Shown here piece by piece: positions 14,353 to 28,038 of a DNA stretch of 64,000 bases. Each line of letters opens with the position of its first letter. The stretch's first letter is position 1. Source of the DNA: Priapulus caudatus (lineage: Eukaryota); contig NW_014577076.1 in the NCBI RefSeq assembly GCF_000485595.1, forward strand, positions 62,001 through 126,000. Direction: 5' to 3'. The notes beneath the pieces were generated by a model, which did not search any database, had not been told where the DNA came from, and saw nothing but the letters and a program-made list of their open reading frames with translations. A program made the translations under genes and the position numbers.

Positions 14353-17300
14353 GTAAGGCTGGACGGACATATGGGCAAAATTTGTACAGACGTTTGTGAT
14401 AGCCTTGCTATCAAATAGGGCTCAGTATTATGTCATATAATATTATTTACACATGTGTAACATTACAATTATTTTTTCCGTTTTCTTCGTGCCACATCTT
14501 TATTTGAGTACCTTTACTATCGGATACCCATTTACCCAACTACACTGCCTTCTACAAAAAATCTCATCGAGTATACATCAACTGCAAATAGTTGATTCTA
14601 TGTGTAATATAAAAAAGAAGTGCCGTGTGCAGGTGACAGCTGTTTCACACTTAACTGACATGATTCAGATTCAAAAGCAGAAATTTGGATATAGCATGCA
14701 TTATGGTTTGAGATGTCGTTGCCAGATTTTACAGACGGCGTAACTAGGATTCAGATATTAGAGTCACTGAATTTAGACGAACGAATTTAGATGTTGCTAT
14801 TTCAACGGAAGCACGAGTGCGATCAATGATACCCAGCTTGTCTTTGGCGGCTGGAAGACTCGCCGCTATCTCAGGGAGCATCGGTGCCGGCAACAATGGA
14901 CGTTGGTAAGAGAACATTTTCATCGTAATCACGCCTACTTTATCGATTCTCCTATTATACTGCTGGCCTACATTAGGTATTTTTCCACCATATTTTGCGT
15001 TCACGTTAGAATCTTGCCACCACTTCCCCTACGAAAAGATCTGCTTCCAGCACGTCTAGCGAGAGTTTCCTTCGTTCCATATCCTTCGGATGCAGTTTTC
15101 ATCAAGCATGATCCGGCCTAGTTGCGCAGGATGTGTTTTGAGATTGTTGTAATCGGCCACGATTCAATCCAGGCGCACCCTACTCTGATAGGCATCTTTA
15201 TAAATTAGTTACATATTTACATATGTAGTAGGGAATGATGTAAACGTCGGTATGTTGTGATTTGCCCGCGGAAAAGTGCTTCTCGTGCATTAGTGGCGAT
15301 TTTCGATAAGAGTGAATTAGAGGTTTTGCTATTATACGAAACGGTGTCTGCTTGGTTTTTTTGAAGTGTGAATTTTTGCATGTTTAATGTCAATGAGGCA
15401 AATAATTTTGAATTTGAAAATGGGCCGCGTCCATTGCCTCTCATATGAACGCGCTCACTTGAACTGACGCCTCATTTGTCCTAACGTTGCATGAACACCA
15501 GATAAGCCTTTTCTCTTCAGCAGAAGTTTCGATATATTTAATATTTCATTCTATCAATAACTTAACCTAGCTCTCACCCCCCGTCTTGACATACAACATG
15601 AGCTACAAATACCTTGTTTGCATTTGTTACTGAGCCAGCCAAAAATGCTGCCATTTTGGAAAGTCATGGCGATATATAAAGTAAATGCTACATTAACCCA
15701 AATCATTCGGCGAGTACTACTGAGATTGTAAAGCTATAGTGATGTATCATTTGAGTTAACCGAATTTCACCACACATTGAAGAATGTTGCTGTAAAAGAA
15801 GCCAATCTTTCTTCAAACGGCATCTTTCGTGGCTAGTTCTTATTAGCTAAGGTCCATACTTTATCTTACGGGTTAGGTCTTTGACTCGTGCATAAAACTT
15901 TAATAGCGCATTAATTTTGGTCGGCGTACGGTTAGTAATCTGAGTAAGTCTGTCTGCTTTCATGTTATTATTAATGAAAAGTTAGTGTTAATATTTCAGG
16001 AGTTTATTTCTTGTTTGTTTAATGTTGTTCATTGACTGGAGCTCTGCATTTATGCGTATTATTTTCAAACAAGTGCCGCCGGTTTAGTAGCGTTTGTTGA
16101 CCGAAAAATAAAATCAAGTGGCAAGGCCACCTACCAATGTGCACTTATAGAGGTTAAACGTAGAAGTCTACTTTGACAATGCGTAAGAATGAAAACATTT
16201 CCGACTTACGATCAAATCAAATTGCTAAACACGAGCTCTCAAGGCGGTAACAAGTAAGAGAGTCTGCTCTGTGGAACAATGTTTGCGAACCATAAACTAT
16301 TTGCACGCTTATTTTCGTGAGGTAGTATTTCATTGCGAGCTTACCACAGTATTTGATTTTCGCAGATCGATCAAAGCAAGTTTATTTAACAAATTATTTT
16401 TACTTAACGATAAATGTATATTATTGCTATCAACCATAATATTTTATAGCAGTATTTGTACTTATAGTTATATATTCGTTATTTAACGTATAATTATAAA
16501 CGATGCATACCGTGACTCATATAATGCAAAGAAATTTCATTCCTGAATCCCAATAATTTTATTAATTTTCGACAGTATGGTTTCTATAGCTTGATGCCAT
16601 TCATCACGTGCGAATCAGATTTTTGATTACGCTTCACTACAAAATAGTCGACAATTTCTTCGTTTTGTAATCAAAACGCCGGCATTCACGCAAACGACAT
16701 TGGGTTTAGCATAAAGATGTGTTAGTGAAAAATTACGCGTATACATATTTATTCGGGAAATATTGCAGTCGATCAATTAATATAGTTCACTGAAACACAA
16801 CTAACTTTTGCTGATTTTATTAACATACTACAGGGAAGCGCAATTCATGTGGTGTTATATGAAATCGTATTTTTTAATGTTTGTCTTGGAGATTGAATTT
16901 GTTAATTTCACTGGCACTATCGTAAAGCAAAATTTTTTTTGGACAAACAGCTCGTTAAGAGCAATCAGTCGAACAAACATTTGTCACTCGAATACATCGT
17001 TATATATCGTTAAATATGCAAAGTACATGCTAAGTATGATGCTGGTCTACTGGTGCGATCATACGGATACACGAATGGCGATTCCATACATATTCTAGAA
17101 CTAATATAATAAAGAAATGTGTTTTTATCATACACAGAAACATTATTACGAATCGCCTTGCTCTACTATAGAGATATATCGCCAGCACTGAACGTAATTG
17201 CGAAGACTATTAACTTATGAGATTTGACCATACGGTATGACGTACGAGTGTTCTAATACACTGTAAGCTGTGTAGTTGTAAGTACTGATTGTAGCCGTGA

Positions 17301-17589
17301 CACAAAGAATACCGCGATAGTGCTTGAAACGGTTGGAAAATATAAAATCTAATAAATTTAAAATACAGCAGACACCCACCGAAACGGATTTTTTTTACTG
17401 TATTTCTAGCTGCCTACTCCTAGCGATGAATGATCTTGATAGTAGATCTTCAAGAATGTGGTGCCAACATTCTGGCTATCATATCCCTGCGTAGTTGGCA
17501 TCACTACTGTGAAAGATTCCGCTAACTTAGAGACCGAGAAATTTTCGCCGCTCCCTCGCAGAATGCTGATTGTGGGTACGGTGTGATTG

Positions 17590-18280
17590 TGTACTTCGGT
17601 CACAACGAACCCACGACGCATTTGTGCCGCGACACGACAGAAAATTTGGGCAAATCGTGGGTCATCGGGGATCGTCGCAAGACGGTCCTACGAAATTTTG
17701 AGCATTGTGGCATCGACTTGCCGTCGTGAGGCAAAATTGAACATGCACCTTTTTTGTTCCACGATTTTGTGTGGTATCTATGTCTTCTGGTTGTCGTGAG
17801 TCTGTCCTACTACTGACTTACTGACTGTACGTCTTGACTTAAGAATCGTCTTGACTTAACAGTCGTTTAAGCGGGAATCTGCCGGTGACTTCGTGGGGTT
17901 CATGCGGATGGAGTTTGGCATGTTTCGCGAGCTGTTGCTGAGTGTCGCCCCTCGCATCACCAAGGGCCAACTGCTAGGCTTACCACCTTTCTCTTGTTGG
18001 TTTTCTTCTTGAGAGGCATCCTGGATACTAACTTTGATTAAATAAAGTGACAAATGTCAAAAATTCGGGCAGAACTTCGATGTATCCACTGGAAAATCTA
18101 TGCAGCAAATGGCAGGCAACAGACCGGGCCTCGTTATATAGTCGGGAGACGGACGCGCGAGTGACCCACGAGTGACTCACGAGTGATCCACGAATGACCC
18201 ACGACTGTTGTGCGCCATTCGAACGACTGTAACACGTCACCACGTGCATCCCACGAGTGATAGTACGCCAAACGCCTTTA
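17590..18280. mobile_element. PIF/Harbinger non-autonomous remnant with a transposase fragment
   Basis: Plus frame 17866-17970 reads FKRESAGDFVGFMRMEFGMFRELLLSVAPRITK, resembling the Harbinger/HARBI1 transposase N-terminal motif (F..F.RM....F.ELL..V.P.I.K). Flanks are rich in repeated acgac/tcgtg motifs. Boundaries approximate. Confidence 0.6.
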
Positions 18281-19469
18281 ACCGCCAACGCCAGGCCTTT
18301 AGAGCCAAACGCCTTTAATAATAATAAAGAGGATAAGGAGTAATAAGGAGTCAAACGCACGACGTGTCATTGTGCTTTCATATTAAAGCAAGTTGCGTTT
18401 CGTCCCCACCCATGAAACGAATCTAATCTCAACTTTTTGTTGATTCAGAGGATGTACCGTATGCGACACAATATATCAGAGGTACGAGGATGAGTGTCAT
18501 GCTATCGCGAGGCGTCTTTACGTGGGTCTGGAGATGTGGCGGACAGCCTCGCGAAAGAATGAATCACGACTAAACAATGCCGCAACAATACTCACTAAAC
18601 ACTGCCGCGTTAGTGACTTGTGCAGCGTACAGGGAGAGGGGGGGTTCTATCCTGCCTCAACCCTGCACCCGCTTACGCCGCCAATGGTTGTCTTTCTCCA
18701 ATATATTTACCTCGATTTGATGTATTTGTAATAGCCCAGTATTGGACTTACTGACCGTATTTGAAACCAACAGACAGAACTGAGATCTGGTTATGTTGTC
18801 GTCTCGGTGGTCGTCACATATATTTTGAACCATGAAGTTATTAGTCGCGTAGGTATTAAGCATTCTCAAGTCTTCACAGGACAGTGTACTAAACCGTGTA
18901 TACTCACCGTATATTAGTGTACCTAATATTTAACACTTAACACTTATTACTAAATATTTGATACTTCCTGCACATTTAGCACATTCCTGCACCTTCCTGA
19001 ACATTAAGGTTTAGGCTTATCACACCGCTATCACTTAGTATATATTTCCTATTTACGAGTAAACGTCCTCTATTCTTACCTAATCTGACGCCCCCAACCC
19101 AGCCGGCACCACAATAGCTCCCACTTCGTTATGATGCTGCGGCCCAAATTGAACCTGCAATTAACTATCCATTTATCACGGAAACTATAATTAGGCTGGA
19201 AATGAATCACGTGCATGAGCTCGGTAAATGTGACAGTTACGCGTGCGACGTTACCTCTCAAGTGCCATGTACGTTTGGTACGATAGGCAATACACTGCAA
19301 ACAGTGCACTAATTGTTTATGCCGAGTAGACGTCGCAGAGCAGTATTTACAGTAATACATAGCATTTTATTCTTTCTATAGACCCAGCACAATTCAATTT
19401 ATAGTAGAATTTTTCGCTTTGCCCATTTACTAATAGTTATCAGGAATTCTTTTTTAATTGCTCCTGTTA

Positions 19470-19528
19470 AGCCTCGTCTACACGACGTTTCCTTAACCCG
19501 GATTAAAAATCCTCGTGTAGACGGGGCT
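19470..19528. mobile_element. 59-bp Harbinger-type mini-MITE
   Basis: 16-bp TIR AGCC(T/C)CGTCTACACGA with TTA on both sides (19467-19469, 19529-19531), the typical PIF/Harbinger TSD. Confidence 0.7.
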
Positions 19529-19837
19529 TTAATGTGGCGCTTTTTTCTTGAATATACCTGAGCTGGAACCCCGCGTTACTGCTGGGTAGCACAGACTCAG
19601 TAGACGCTACGCGGTCGCTTGTCGCATTAGACGTACTTCGTCTATAATTTATGTAATAAAACGTTTGAAACGCACTACATATTCAGCATATATACATAAA
19701 TGCTGGGCATATAGCCGTTGGCTTTGCTAGGCCATATCACTTGCCGATGATTGCGCCTGATATATATCTACTATTATTACACAGCAAACTTCATCTTTCA
19801 CCAAAACGAGAAAGAACACAATCCAGCGTATGTATTA

Positions 19838-19870
19838 CACACACACACGCCCACGCACGCACGCACGCAC

Positions 19871-19932
<62 letters not shown>

Positions 19933-19991
19933 NNNNNNNNNNAAACTTCATCTTTCACCAAAAAGAGAAAGAACACAATCCAGCGTATGTA

Positions 19992-20043
<52 letters not shown>

Positions 20044-20055
20044 ACCCCACCCCAC

Positions 20056-20086
<31 letters not shown>

Positions 20087-20089
20087 GCA

Positions 20090-20147
<58 letters not shown>

Positions 20148-20150
20148 CAT
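19838..20150. repeat. (CA)n microsatellite spanning an N gap
   Basis: Visible directly; gap at 19933-19942. Confidence 0.95.
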
Positions 20151-23100
20151 ATACGCTGGATTATGATCTTTATAGACTGTAAGCTAGTAAACACAGAGAA
20201 ATGGATTTTTTTCATTTTGAGTCTCATACTGTAATCTGTACTGTAGTCATTTCAGTACTATGCATTTTGTTGCAACAATGTCAGTTATTTGTAGTAATCT
20301 CGGCGCTGTAAATTATAGTTTAAAGTTAGTAACGAGTAATATATGCGATTTTTGTTGCATAGAACGTTCAGTGAAAATCGCATAACGTGCTCAGTTAATC
20401 ACATTGTATAGTCGATTTATCACAATTTTTTTTTACAAAATATGTGACATTTAAAAACACAATAAAACGACAAATGGCATACACTTTCTCATAATTATTG
20501 GCTTGCATCCGATCCAGAACCTTGCATTTTTCCTGGCGCATCAGTTTCTAATAATCATTTATATGACCAATTATTTTCTGGATAAAAAACGTCAAAATTA
20601 TCCGTACGTGAAAGAAGTTCAGCGCGTGAAATACATTTTCCCATAAAATTGATCTCATTAATTAACATTACAGAACGTTTCAAATTAATCATGTATTGAG
20701 GAAGTTTATCGCAGATTATTATAGGTCCTAATTGTACATACAATAACATTTTCCCGTCATAATAGTCCAGGCGCTCTGGCTTTGCTGAAGATTCAGAATC
20801 AGATTTAGCTCCCTGCTATTTTATAGTGTGTTGCCGCGTGATTTTGACGCAGCGTATACTCAAACTGACGGTCCTATGTGCCACGCGGACAGAAACGGAC
20901 AGTGTGATTGCTCGCGCGCATGCGTGTGGCGCATTCGTGCATGTCCGTTTATACCTTTATACGCAAGCTGCCTAGTTACATACCACCCGCTTAAATGCAA
21001 TGCCATGCGTTTCACGGGAATGCTGAGTAATTAATACGCGACGCACTCATCATAAGCTACGGACTGAGTTTAAATTAATTGCGATGTAGCTTACGCTATA
21101 GGGACGCCGTTTATCTGCTGGACAGAATAACAAGCAGCATCTACTGTATAGAGCATTCCACAGTTACTTCTGAAAGGGTTGGCGGTTTACGATCAGAACT
21201 GTGTATGCCACGCAGTCGTAGAGTCATTAGAGTCCGCACAGCAGCAGTAGCACCACCACCATCACCACACCAGCTGCAGCTGCAGCAGCAACATCATCAC
21301 TAGCGGCAGTAGCAGCAACAGCAGCAGCACCACTATCACAGCAGCAGCAGCATCAGTACAGCCACTGCACTAACCACCACCGCCAACCTTCGTCCCATGT
21401 TTCAGTGGCCCAATTATTATGCTCCTAATAATTATGCAATTATTATATTTTGCACCTGAAGCATTTAAAAATAGATTTTTACATTATTAGTAGACGGGGC
21501 ATTAGAGATTCTAGTCTCACACTAAACGCTCGTATTCCACACAATCAATATGGCATTTAAATCGACACGAAGGAAAACGGCGTGCATGCGACAAACGCAT
21601 ACGTTATGCAATGTAAACACAAACGCGCGAGATGGTTAACATAGTAATGAATATCGGAGAAGGGCGAGAAAGAAATGTAGAAATATACTCACACTATGGA
21701 AGCATGGTGTGCTATCGGTTTATGTTAATGTTATTCTAATTCTACTGTTGCAGTAATCGATCCACGTAGAGAAGCACCCGATTATGTAGGCTCAAAGTAC
21801 CGCTTTAACGATCCACAACAATTACTGGAAAATATCTTGATTTACGAGAGGACACGATAGCAAATTAATTCTACCATAACAGCGAATCAAAGGCAAATGA
21901 GACCACATCTAGGCTTTGTCGATACACCTATCTTTGCGACATCTCTTCCGGAAAAATTTAGTTCATTTGCATAATTGTTTATGCATGCAAGCTATCCGAC
22001 AATGCATAGCAGCAATGACATGCGCGTAGAATTTGTACTAAACCACTTCAGACCAGATTTTTGGGACGCTACTGTGCGTGCACCGTACAACCAACTACAT
22101 GCCAAGGAAAGGCATCTTCGTACCTGCCTCGCTAACGCAAATAGTTATTCGACAACCGCACTTATATATGACTCTTTTTTTACATTTTTTTATGATTAAG
22201 GAGGTTTAGGATTTCGGAGATCATAAACAAAACAAAACAAAATATTTTAATGTGCATAAAACCTGCTTCTTTGTATTTAATGATCAGTGGCGTTGGGGAA
22301 AAACGAACACACAAACGTGGCTATGCTCAGCTGTCAAATATACTATACTGTGAAGCCCCATGCATGTGGGCTGTATTGGGCTTACTATACCAAACGCGCA
22401 ATAATGTATATATGTAGCGCACAGCGGTAGTGCGGTGGTAGCTGTGCGGTTATATTATACTGTACAGTATGGTGACCGAGATGGCTACGTATATTTTTAT
22501 TATTTATTTTTAATTCATTTTCATTTCAAATTAATTTTTATTCCAAATTCATTTTCATTTCAGATTCATTTTCATTCCAAATTCATTTTCATTCCAAATT
22601 CATTTTCATTTCAAATTCATTTTCATTCCAAATTCATTTTCATTTCAGATTTATTTTCATTCCAAATTCATTTTTATTTCAAATTTATTTTTATTTCAAA
22701 TTCATTTGTATTCCAAATTCATTTTTATTCCAAATTCATTTTCATTTCAAATTCATTTTCATTCCAAATTCATTTGCGAGAACAAATCGCGATGGCCGAG
22801 ATGGCTACGGAGATGGCTACGGTGGGGGCGGAGTGACGTCACTTCCCCTTAGCAATCTGTCCGGTGAGCCGGGGGACTCAACAAAGCTTCAAAACAAGAG
22901 AACAAACGCCATTTGTAATGTTTTGTTTTGGTTTATGATCGGTAGATAAGTAAGTTTTTCTGATGTATTTTTTATTAAAAAAAACACATTTCACTCATTA
23001 ATATAACATATAATATGATTATAATTGCAATTCTTTCTGTAAATGTGTTATTTTCATCTCATCTTAAAGTTATGAGAGGGTTTGTGCTCTCGTAATACTA

Positions 23101-23621
23101 CATACGTACGTATGTACTCGTACTATATCCCTTCGCTCCGTCGCAGGATCGTGTGTGTGTGAGTGCGTGCGTGTGCATTTGCGTGTGTGCGCGCCGTGTG
23201 CCTATGCGTGTGCGTGCGCGCGTATGTGTGTGCGTGTGCGTGTGTGCGCGCCGTGTGCCTATGCGTGTGTTAAACAGGCGTTTGGTTGCTGTTAGCAACA
23301 CGAGGACGCGATAACCACATCACACGTACATATATTACACACACATACATACATACACACGCACGCACGCACGTACGCACTCACGCACACCCACACGCAC
23401 ACGCACACGCACACTCACACACGAGAGCGCACACGCACACGCATAGGCACACGGCGCGCACACACGCAAAGGCACACGCACGCACACGCACACGCACACA
23501 TACGCGCGCGCACGCACACACATAGGCACATGGCGCGCACAAACGCAAAGGCACACGCACGCACACACACGCTCCTGCGACGGAGCGAAGGGTTATAGTA
23601 CGAGTACGTACGTACGTAATA

Positions 23622-23698
23622 TTAGGAGTTAATGAAGACAAATTGATGATTTAATGATTGAAGAGTTAATGATGACGTTTGTCTTCATTAACTCCTGG
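23622..23698. mobile_element. 77-bp hairpin MITE nested in the right arm of the foldback
   Basis: Perfect 19-bp IR AGGAGTTAATGAAGACAAA (23624-23642 / 23678-23696), TA on both sides, absent from the left arm. Confidence 0.65.
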
Positions 23699-23937
23699 TA
23701 ATATGTAGTATTACGAGAGCCGAGACCCTCTCATAACTTTAAGATGAAGATGAAAATAACACATTTACACAAATAATTGCAATTATAGTGATATCATATT
23801 TTATATTAATGAGTAAAATGTGTTTTTTTCATGGAAAATACATCTAAAAACCGATTCATACCATTTTCTACCGATCATAAACCAAAACAAAACATTTGCA
23901 AATGGCGTTTGTTCTTTTTGTTTTGAAGGTTTGTTGA

Positions 23938-24370
23938 GGTATCACACTGGGAAATCATTTCCCATAGGCGGCCATACTTACGAAAAAATTCCCATAAATC
24001 AGCAGAAGTTTTTTTGAGAAACCACAGTGCCATCCTCTGAATCCACGTCGCAAGTGACACAATATATGTTGTTAACTCAAAAATTCTTCCATATTTTTTT
24101 TTGTAAACAAGCTTTTGCCGGCACGCACTCGAAATGGCCACTTTGCAATGTCATTTTACGCGAAAAAGTAGGCTTCCTTCGAAAATTCCCCGGACGAGCC
24201 GCTTACACTGCCGGATTCAGCAGAGATTCTAGTTTTTGAAATTAACAAATGCAAAGAGTTCTAAGCATTTCTAATGAGAAATAACAAATTCAAGCGCATG
24301 CATACACTGAAAAACGATCTCATTCTTGACCTGTCCCAGCGCTGATTGGCTGATTTCCCACCGTAATACC
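23938..24370. mobile_element. 433-bp TIR element (Kolobok-like) nested in the right arm of the foldback
   Basis: 20-bp imperfect TIRs GGTATCACACTGGGAAATCA / TGATTTCCCACCGTAATACC. TTGA is duplicated at 23934-23937 and 24371-24374. The left arm shows the empty site (gactcaacaaa). Confidence 0.75.
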
Positions 24371-25444
24371 TTGAGTCCCCCGGCTCACCGGACGGATTGC
24401 TAAGGGGAAGTGACGTCACTCCGCCCCACCTATATCCGTAGCCATCTCGGCCATCGCGATTTGTTCTCGCAAATGAATTTGGAATGAAAATGAATTTGGA
24501 ATGAAAATGAATTTGGAATGAAAATGAATTTGAAATGGAAAATGAAATTTTGAGAATGAAAATGAATGAACTGAAATAAAAATGAATTTGGAATGAAAAC
24601 GAATTTGGAATGAAAATGAATTTGGAATAAAAATGAATTTTCTGAAATGAAAATGAATTTGGAATGAAAATGAATTTGGAATAAAAATGAATTTGGAATA
24701 AAAATGAATTTGGAATGAAAATGAATTTGAAATGAAAATGAATTTGGAATGAAAATGAATCTGAAATGAAAATAAATTTGGAATGAAAACGAATTTCGAA
24801 TGAAAACGAATTTCGAATGAAAATGAATTTGGGATAAAAAATGAATTTTTTTGAAATGAAATGAATTTGGAATAAAAATGAATTTGGAATAAAAATGAAT
24901 TTGGAATGAAAATGAATTTGAAAAAATGTAAATGAATTTGGAATGAAAATAATTATAAATAAATAATAAAAATATCCGTAGCGCAATCGCGCCACCATAA
25001 GTACTGGGAGAGATCACTCATTATAGTAAACATTACAGGCTACAGCCCTACTATGCTTGGACTAGAAATAGTCCAGAAATAGAATGTATAACCTTGATGT
25101 GTTTATGAGACGTGAACGGTAAAATTTAACAGGCAATTATAATGAAGCATTGCTCTATAATCTGCAAGGCTATCAGCTATAACTATACCAGTCCTGAGTG
25201 TCAATAGAATATAATCCATAATCTCTCCTCGCATTACGGGTATTTGTAATGGTGAAAGCTGAGGCAGGGGTCGGATAACGTGTATGCACACAAACAACAA
25301 CACGAGGCGCACTTAACCCACGTACGCACGTACTCACATCCACACACACAAGGCAACGGACCACACAGCACCAGCCACACACACGACACACACAACACAT
25401 TCACATCAAAGTCACACAACCCACACACACACGCACGCACGCAC

Positions 25445-25489
<45 letters not shown>

Positions 25490-26416
25490 ATATGTGCACA
25501 CACACATACATACACATACACACACATACGCGCGCGCACTTTTCTATTATAATAGTGGTCATATACATATATGTCAGCATTTAGAAACATATTGATAAGC
25601 GTAATTCTTGTGCCTCATGATAATATACCTGTTGGTCGCGCCCACGACATTAAACAAGGGCGGCTTAGTCCAGCGCAAAGAGTGCATAGGGAACACCGTT
25701 GCAGGGAAACAGTGCATATATGCAAACTACATGGTCTACTCTATTCGCTATGGTCTGTGAGAAATATTTAAATTGCAAACCACACGCGCCTGACAAGAAA
25801 TTATACACGAATGACGACATTGCAACAAATACAACTGGCCCTATCATCTTGCCCGGGTATAACCCTAGTTTCCGTTAGTGCTCTTTTGCCGATAGCAGAA
25901 ACTGACTTTCTCTAATATTGAAACGTCAATGTTTAAGTCTATCTTGCTTAATCAGGGTGGTGATAGGTAGGTAAACTTAAAAATGAACCTTCGTTTTGAA
26001 ATATCTGCAACAACAGCCCCCCAAGACCGGGTTCACGTAAGGGCGAGCACGGTGACGTTGCTCTAGTAGCATAACACATGCATTGAACTGGAAAAACCCA
26101 TGCTTTCTGCTCTCAGCTATACGACTTGCCATTACGGCCCTGACAATCACGAGTCAATGACGGCGACCTTTCAATTTGCATATGTAGCTGTCTGTCCAGC
26201 TATAGACGTCTATCCAGATAAATGCCGATCCAGATTGATGTGTCCCAGATAGATGGCTGTTTAGATAGATGTCAGCTCTTGATGTCAGTTCCATAGATGG
26301 CTTCCAGTTAAATGTCACCTCCCACACACACATGCGCACGCACGCACGCATGCACGCACGCACGCACACACGCACGCACGCACACACATGAACACACGCG
26401 CGCGCGCACACACACC

Positions 26417-26461
<45 letters not shown>

Positions 26462-26629
26462 ACACACACACACACAGTCACACACCAGCACATCATGGGT
26501 GCGCCTTTTTAAAAACCGATCAACACCTAACTTGTTAACACACACGCCGGAGATTCATTTCACCTGTTTATGAAACCAGCGCGCGCGCGTGCATCAGCGA
26601 CTGTTAGTAAACCTACACCNNNNNNNNNN

Positions 26630-26669
<40 letters not shown>

Positions 26670-27786
26670 CGTGTGTGTGTGGGTGCGTGTGTGTGTGGGT
26701 GCGTGAGTGCTGTCGGCAGTCAGTCGTGTTAACATTATAGGCAGGAATTCGCGCATGAGAGCGTGCTGATGCTGTGAGTAGCTAATTGTGTACGCGTGCG
26801 CTGGTATTGTTAGTGTAGCGTAAACCTTAGTATTGTGCGCAGGTGAGTGTTGGTGTTTTGTGTGCGGACATTATGGTAAATTACGCGTTCGTGCATGATA
26901 ATATTGTGCGTGCAGGTTACAAAGTGGCTGGGTACGTGCATATTGCTACTTTGTGTAAACGAGTGTGTGTGCGTGTGCGCGTGCGTGTATGTGTGCGCGT
27001 GTGTGCGGTGTGGTATGATGTGTGTGTGGTGGGGGGGGAGGCGTCTGTGAGCGTGCGTGTCTACGTGTGTATACAAGATGGTATTGCGCGCGCGTGCATA
27101 ACGGTATTGTGCGTGCGTGTTAGTATTGAGCGTGTGTGGCTGCTCATGATGTTCGTGAATGGATATGAAGAGAGGACGGCATGACCAAATGTAAACAGAC
27201 TTTTGGATGTGTCGACACACTTTTCGCTAAATTATTATCACAGACTATTCTACATCGACGGCATACTATCGATAAATGCGCTAGATAAATATAATCATCT
27301 TGAGCGGTTACTGCGTATGTATAACGCTGTGCTCAAGTAATAAGATCAGACAGCAACAGAAGATCAGCTAAGTGGCAAATCTTCGCCAGACAGCCTCTAG
27401 GGAAATTAAGGATTGCCCAGTGCGCAGCGCATCCCTCACGGGACCTCACTTGTTTGATTTAACAATAATATACCTATCAATAAAGCGATATAGCGACGAA
27501 TGAGATATAGCCAAACACATCGGTATAGAAATGAATACGCGCGATGAGTTGGGGGCTAAAAAAGCCATTTATTAAGTTGTTCATAGTATGAACCAAAAAA
27601 CGGTTCCTGGAACTTATGGAAGTTATGGCTCTTTATTTACGATATTGTTGTGTCTTACAAAAAAATTACAGATTTTCGTGCATTTTTTCAATTTATTAAC
27701 TAAACTTAAACATTAAAAACAATTACAGGAACGCGCGATGAGTTGGGGGGTTCCTATAGGTATAATACGGTGATTTATCTCGTCAG

Positions 27787-27920
27787 CACGCTCTATCGGA
27801 TGTGCCCGAGCATCGTACGTTTGATCCAGCTAGCACAGCAGTGCAAACCTACCAGGATTCCGACTATCAACCGCTCTACTTCGTATCCGAAACGTTTGAA
27901 GACGCCCGCGCGCAAGTTAG
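27787..27920 (+). CDS. TH: Tyrosine hydroxylase (tyrosine 3-monooxygenase), penultimate coding exon
   Basis: cag|...AG|gtaaat exon encoding [45 protein letters not shown]. YQDxxYQ is TH-like, unlike the PAH/TPH equivalents. Not in the ORF track in this frame. Confidence 0.9.
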
Positions 27921-27986
27921 GTAAATGTGTTTGCGCTTTTTTATTACCTGCGTATGTACATGCCGTGACTGCGTGAGAGCAAGCGT

Positions 27987-28038
<52 letters not shown>

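Larger units (their letters stand above)
22468..24999. mobile_element. Foldback-type element: long inverted arms, each with a 17-bp tandem array (AAATTCATTTTCATTCC)
   Basis: 22468-~23270 matches the reverse complement of ~23400-24999 (17-mer array, GGGGCGGAGTGACGTCACTTCCCCTTAGCAATC block, AT-rich block, GT/CA microsatellite). Termini TATGG...CCATA, flanked by AG on both sides. Confidence 0.85.

Noticed and set aside
12843..14414. 523-aa and 475-aa HPSI-repeat ORFs
   Set aside because: Translations of the (GGAT)n microsatellite.
14744..15200. Coding-looking minus-strand stretch
   Set aside because: Interrupted by stops, with no recognisable motif or splice pattern.
19787..19995. ~50-bp direct repeat either side of an N gap
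   Set aside because: Typical contig or haplotype overlap at a scaffold gap.
24261..25017. 245-aa and 195-aa FIFIPNSF ORFs (also 22435-22836)
   Set aside because: Translations of the 17-bp array.
27537..27750. 19-bp direct repeat ACGCGCGATGAGTTGGGGG around ~175 bp
   Set aside because: Could be a TSD, but the insert has no poly(A) tail or other element hallmark.
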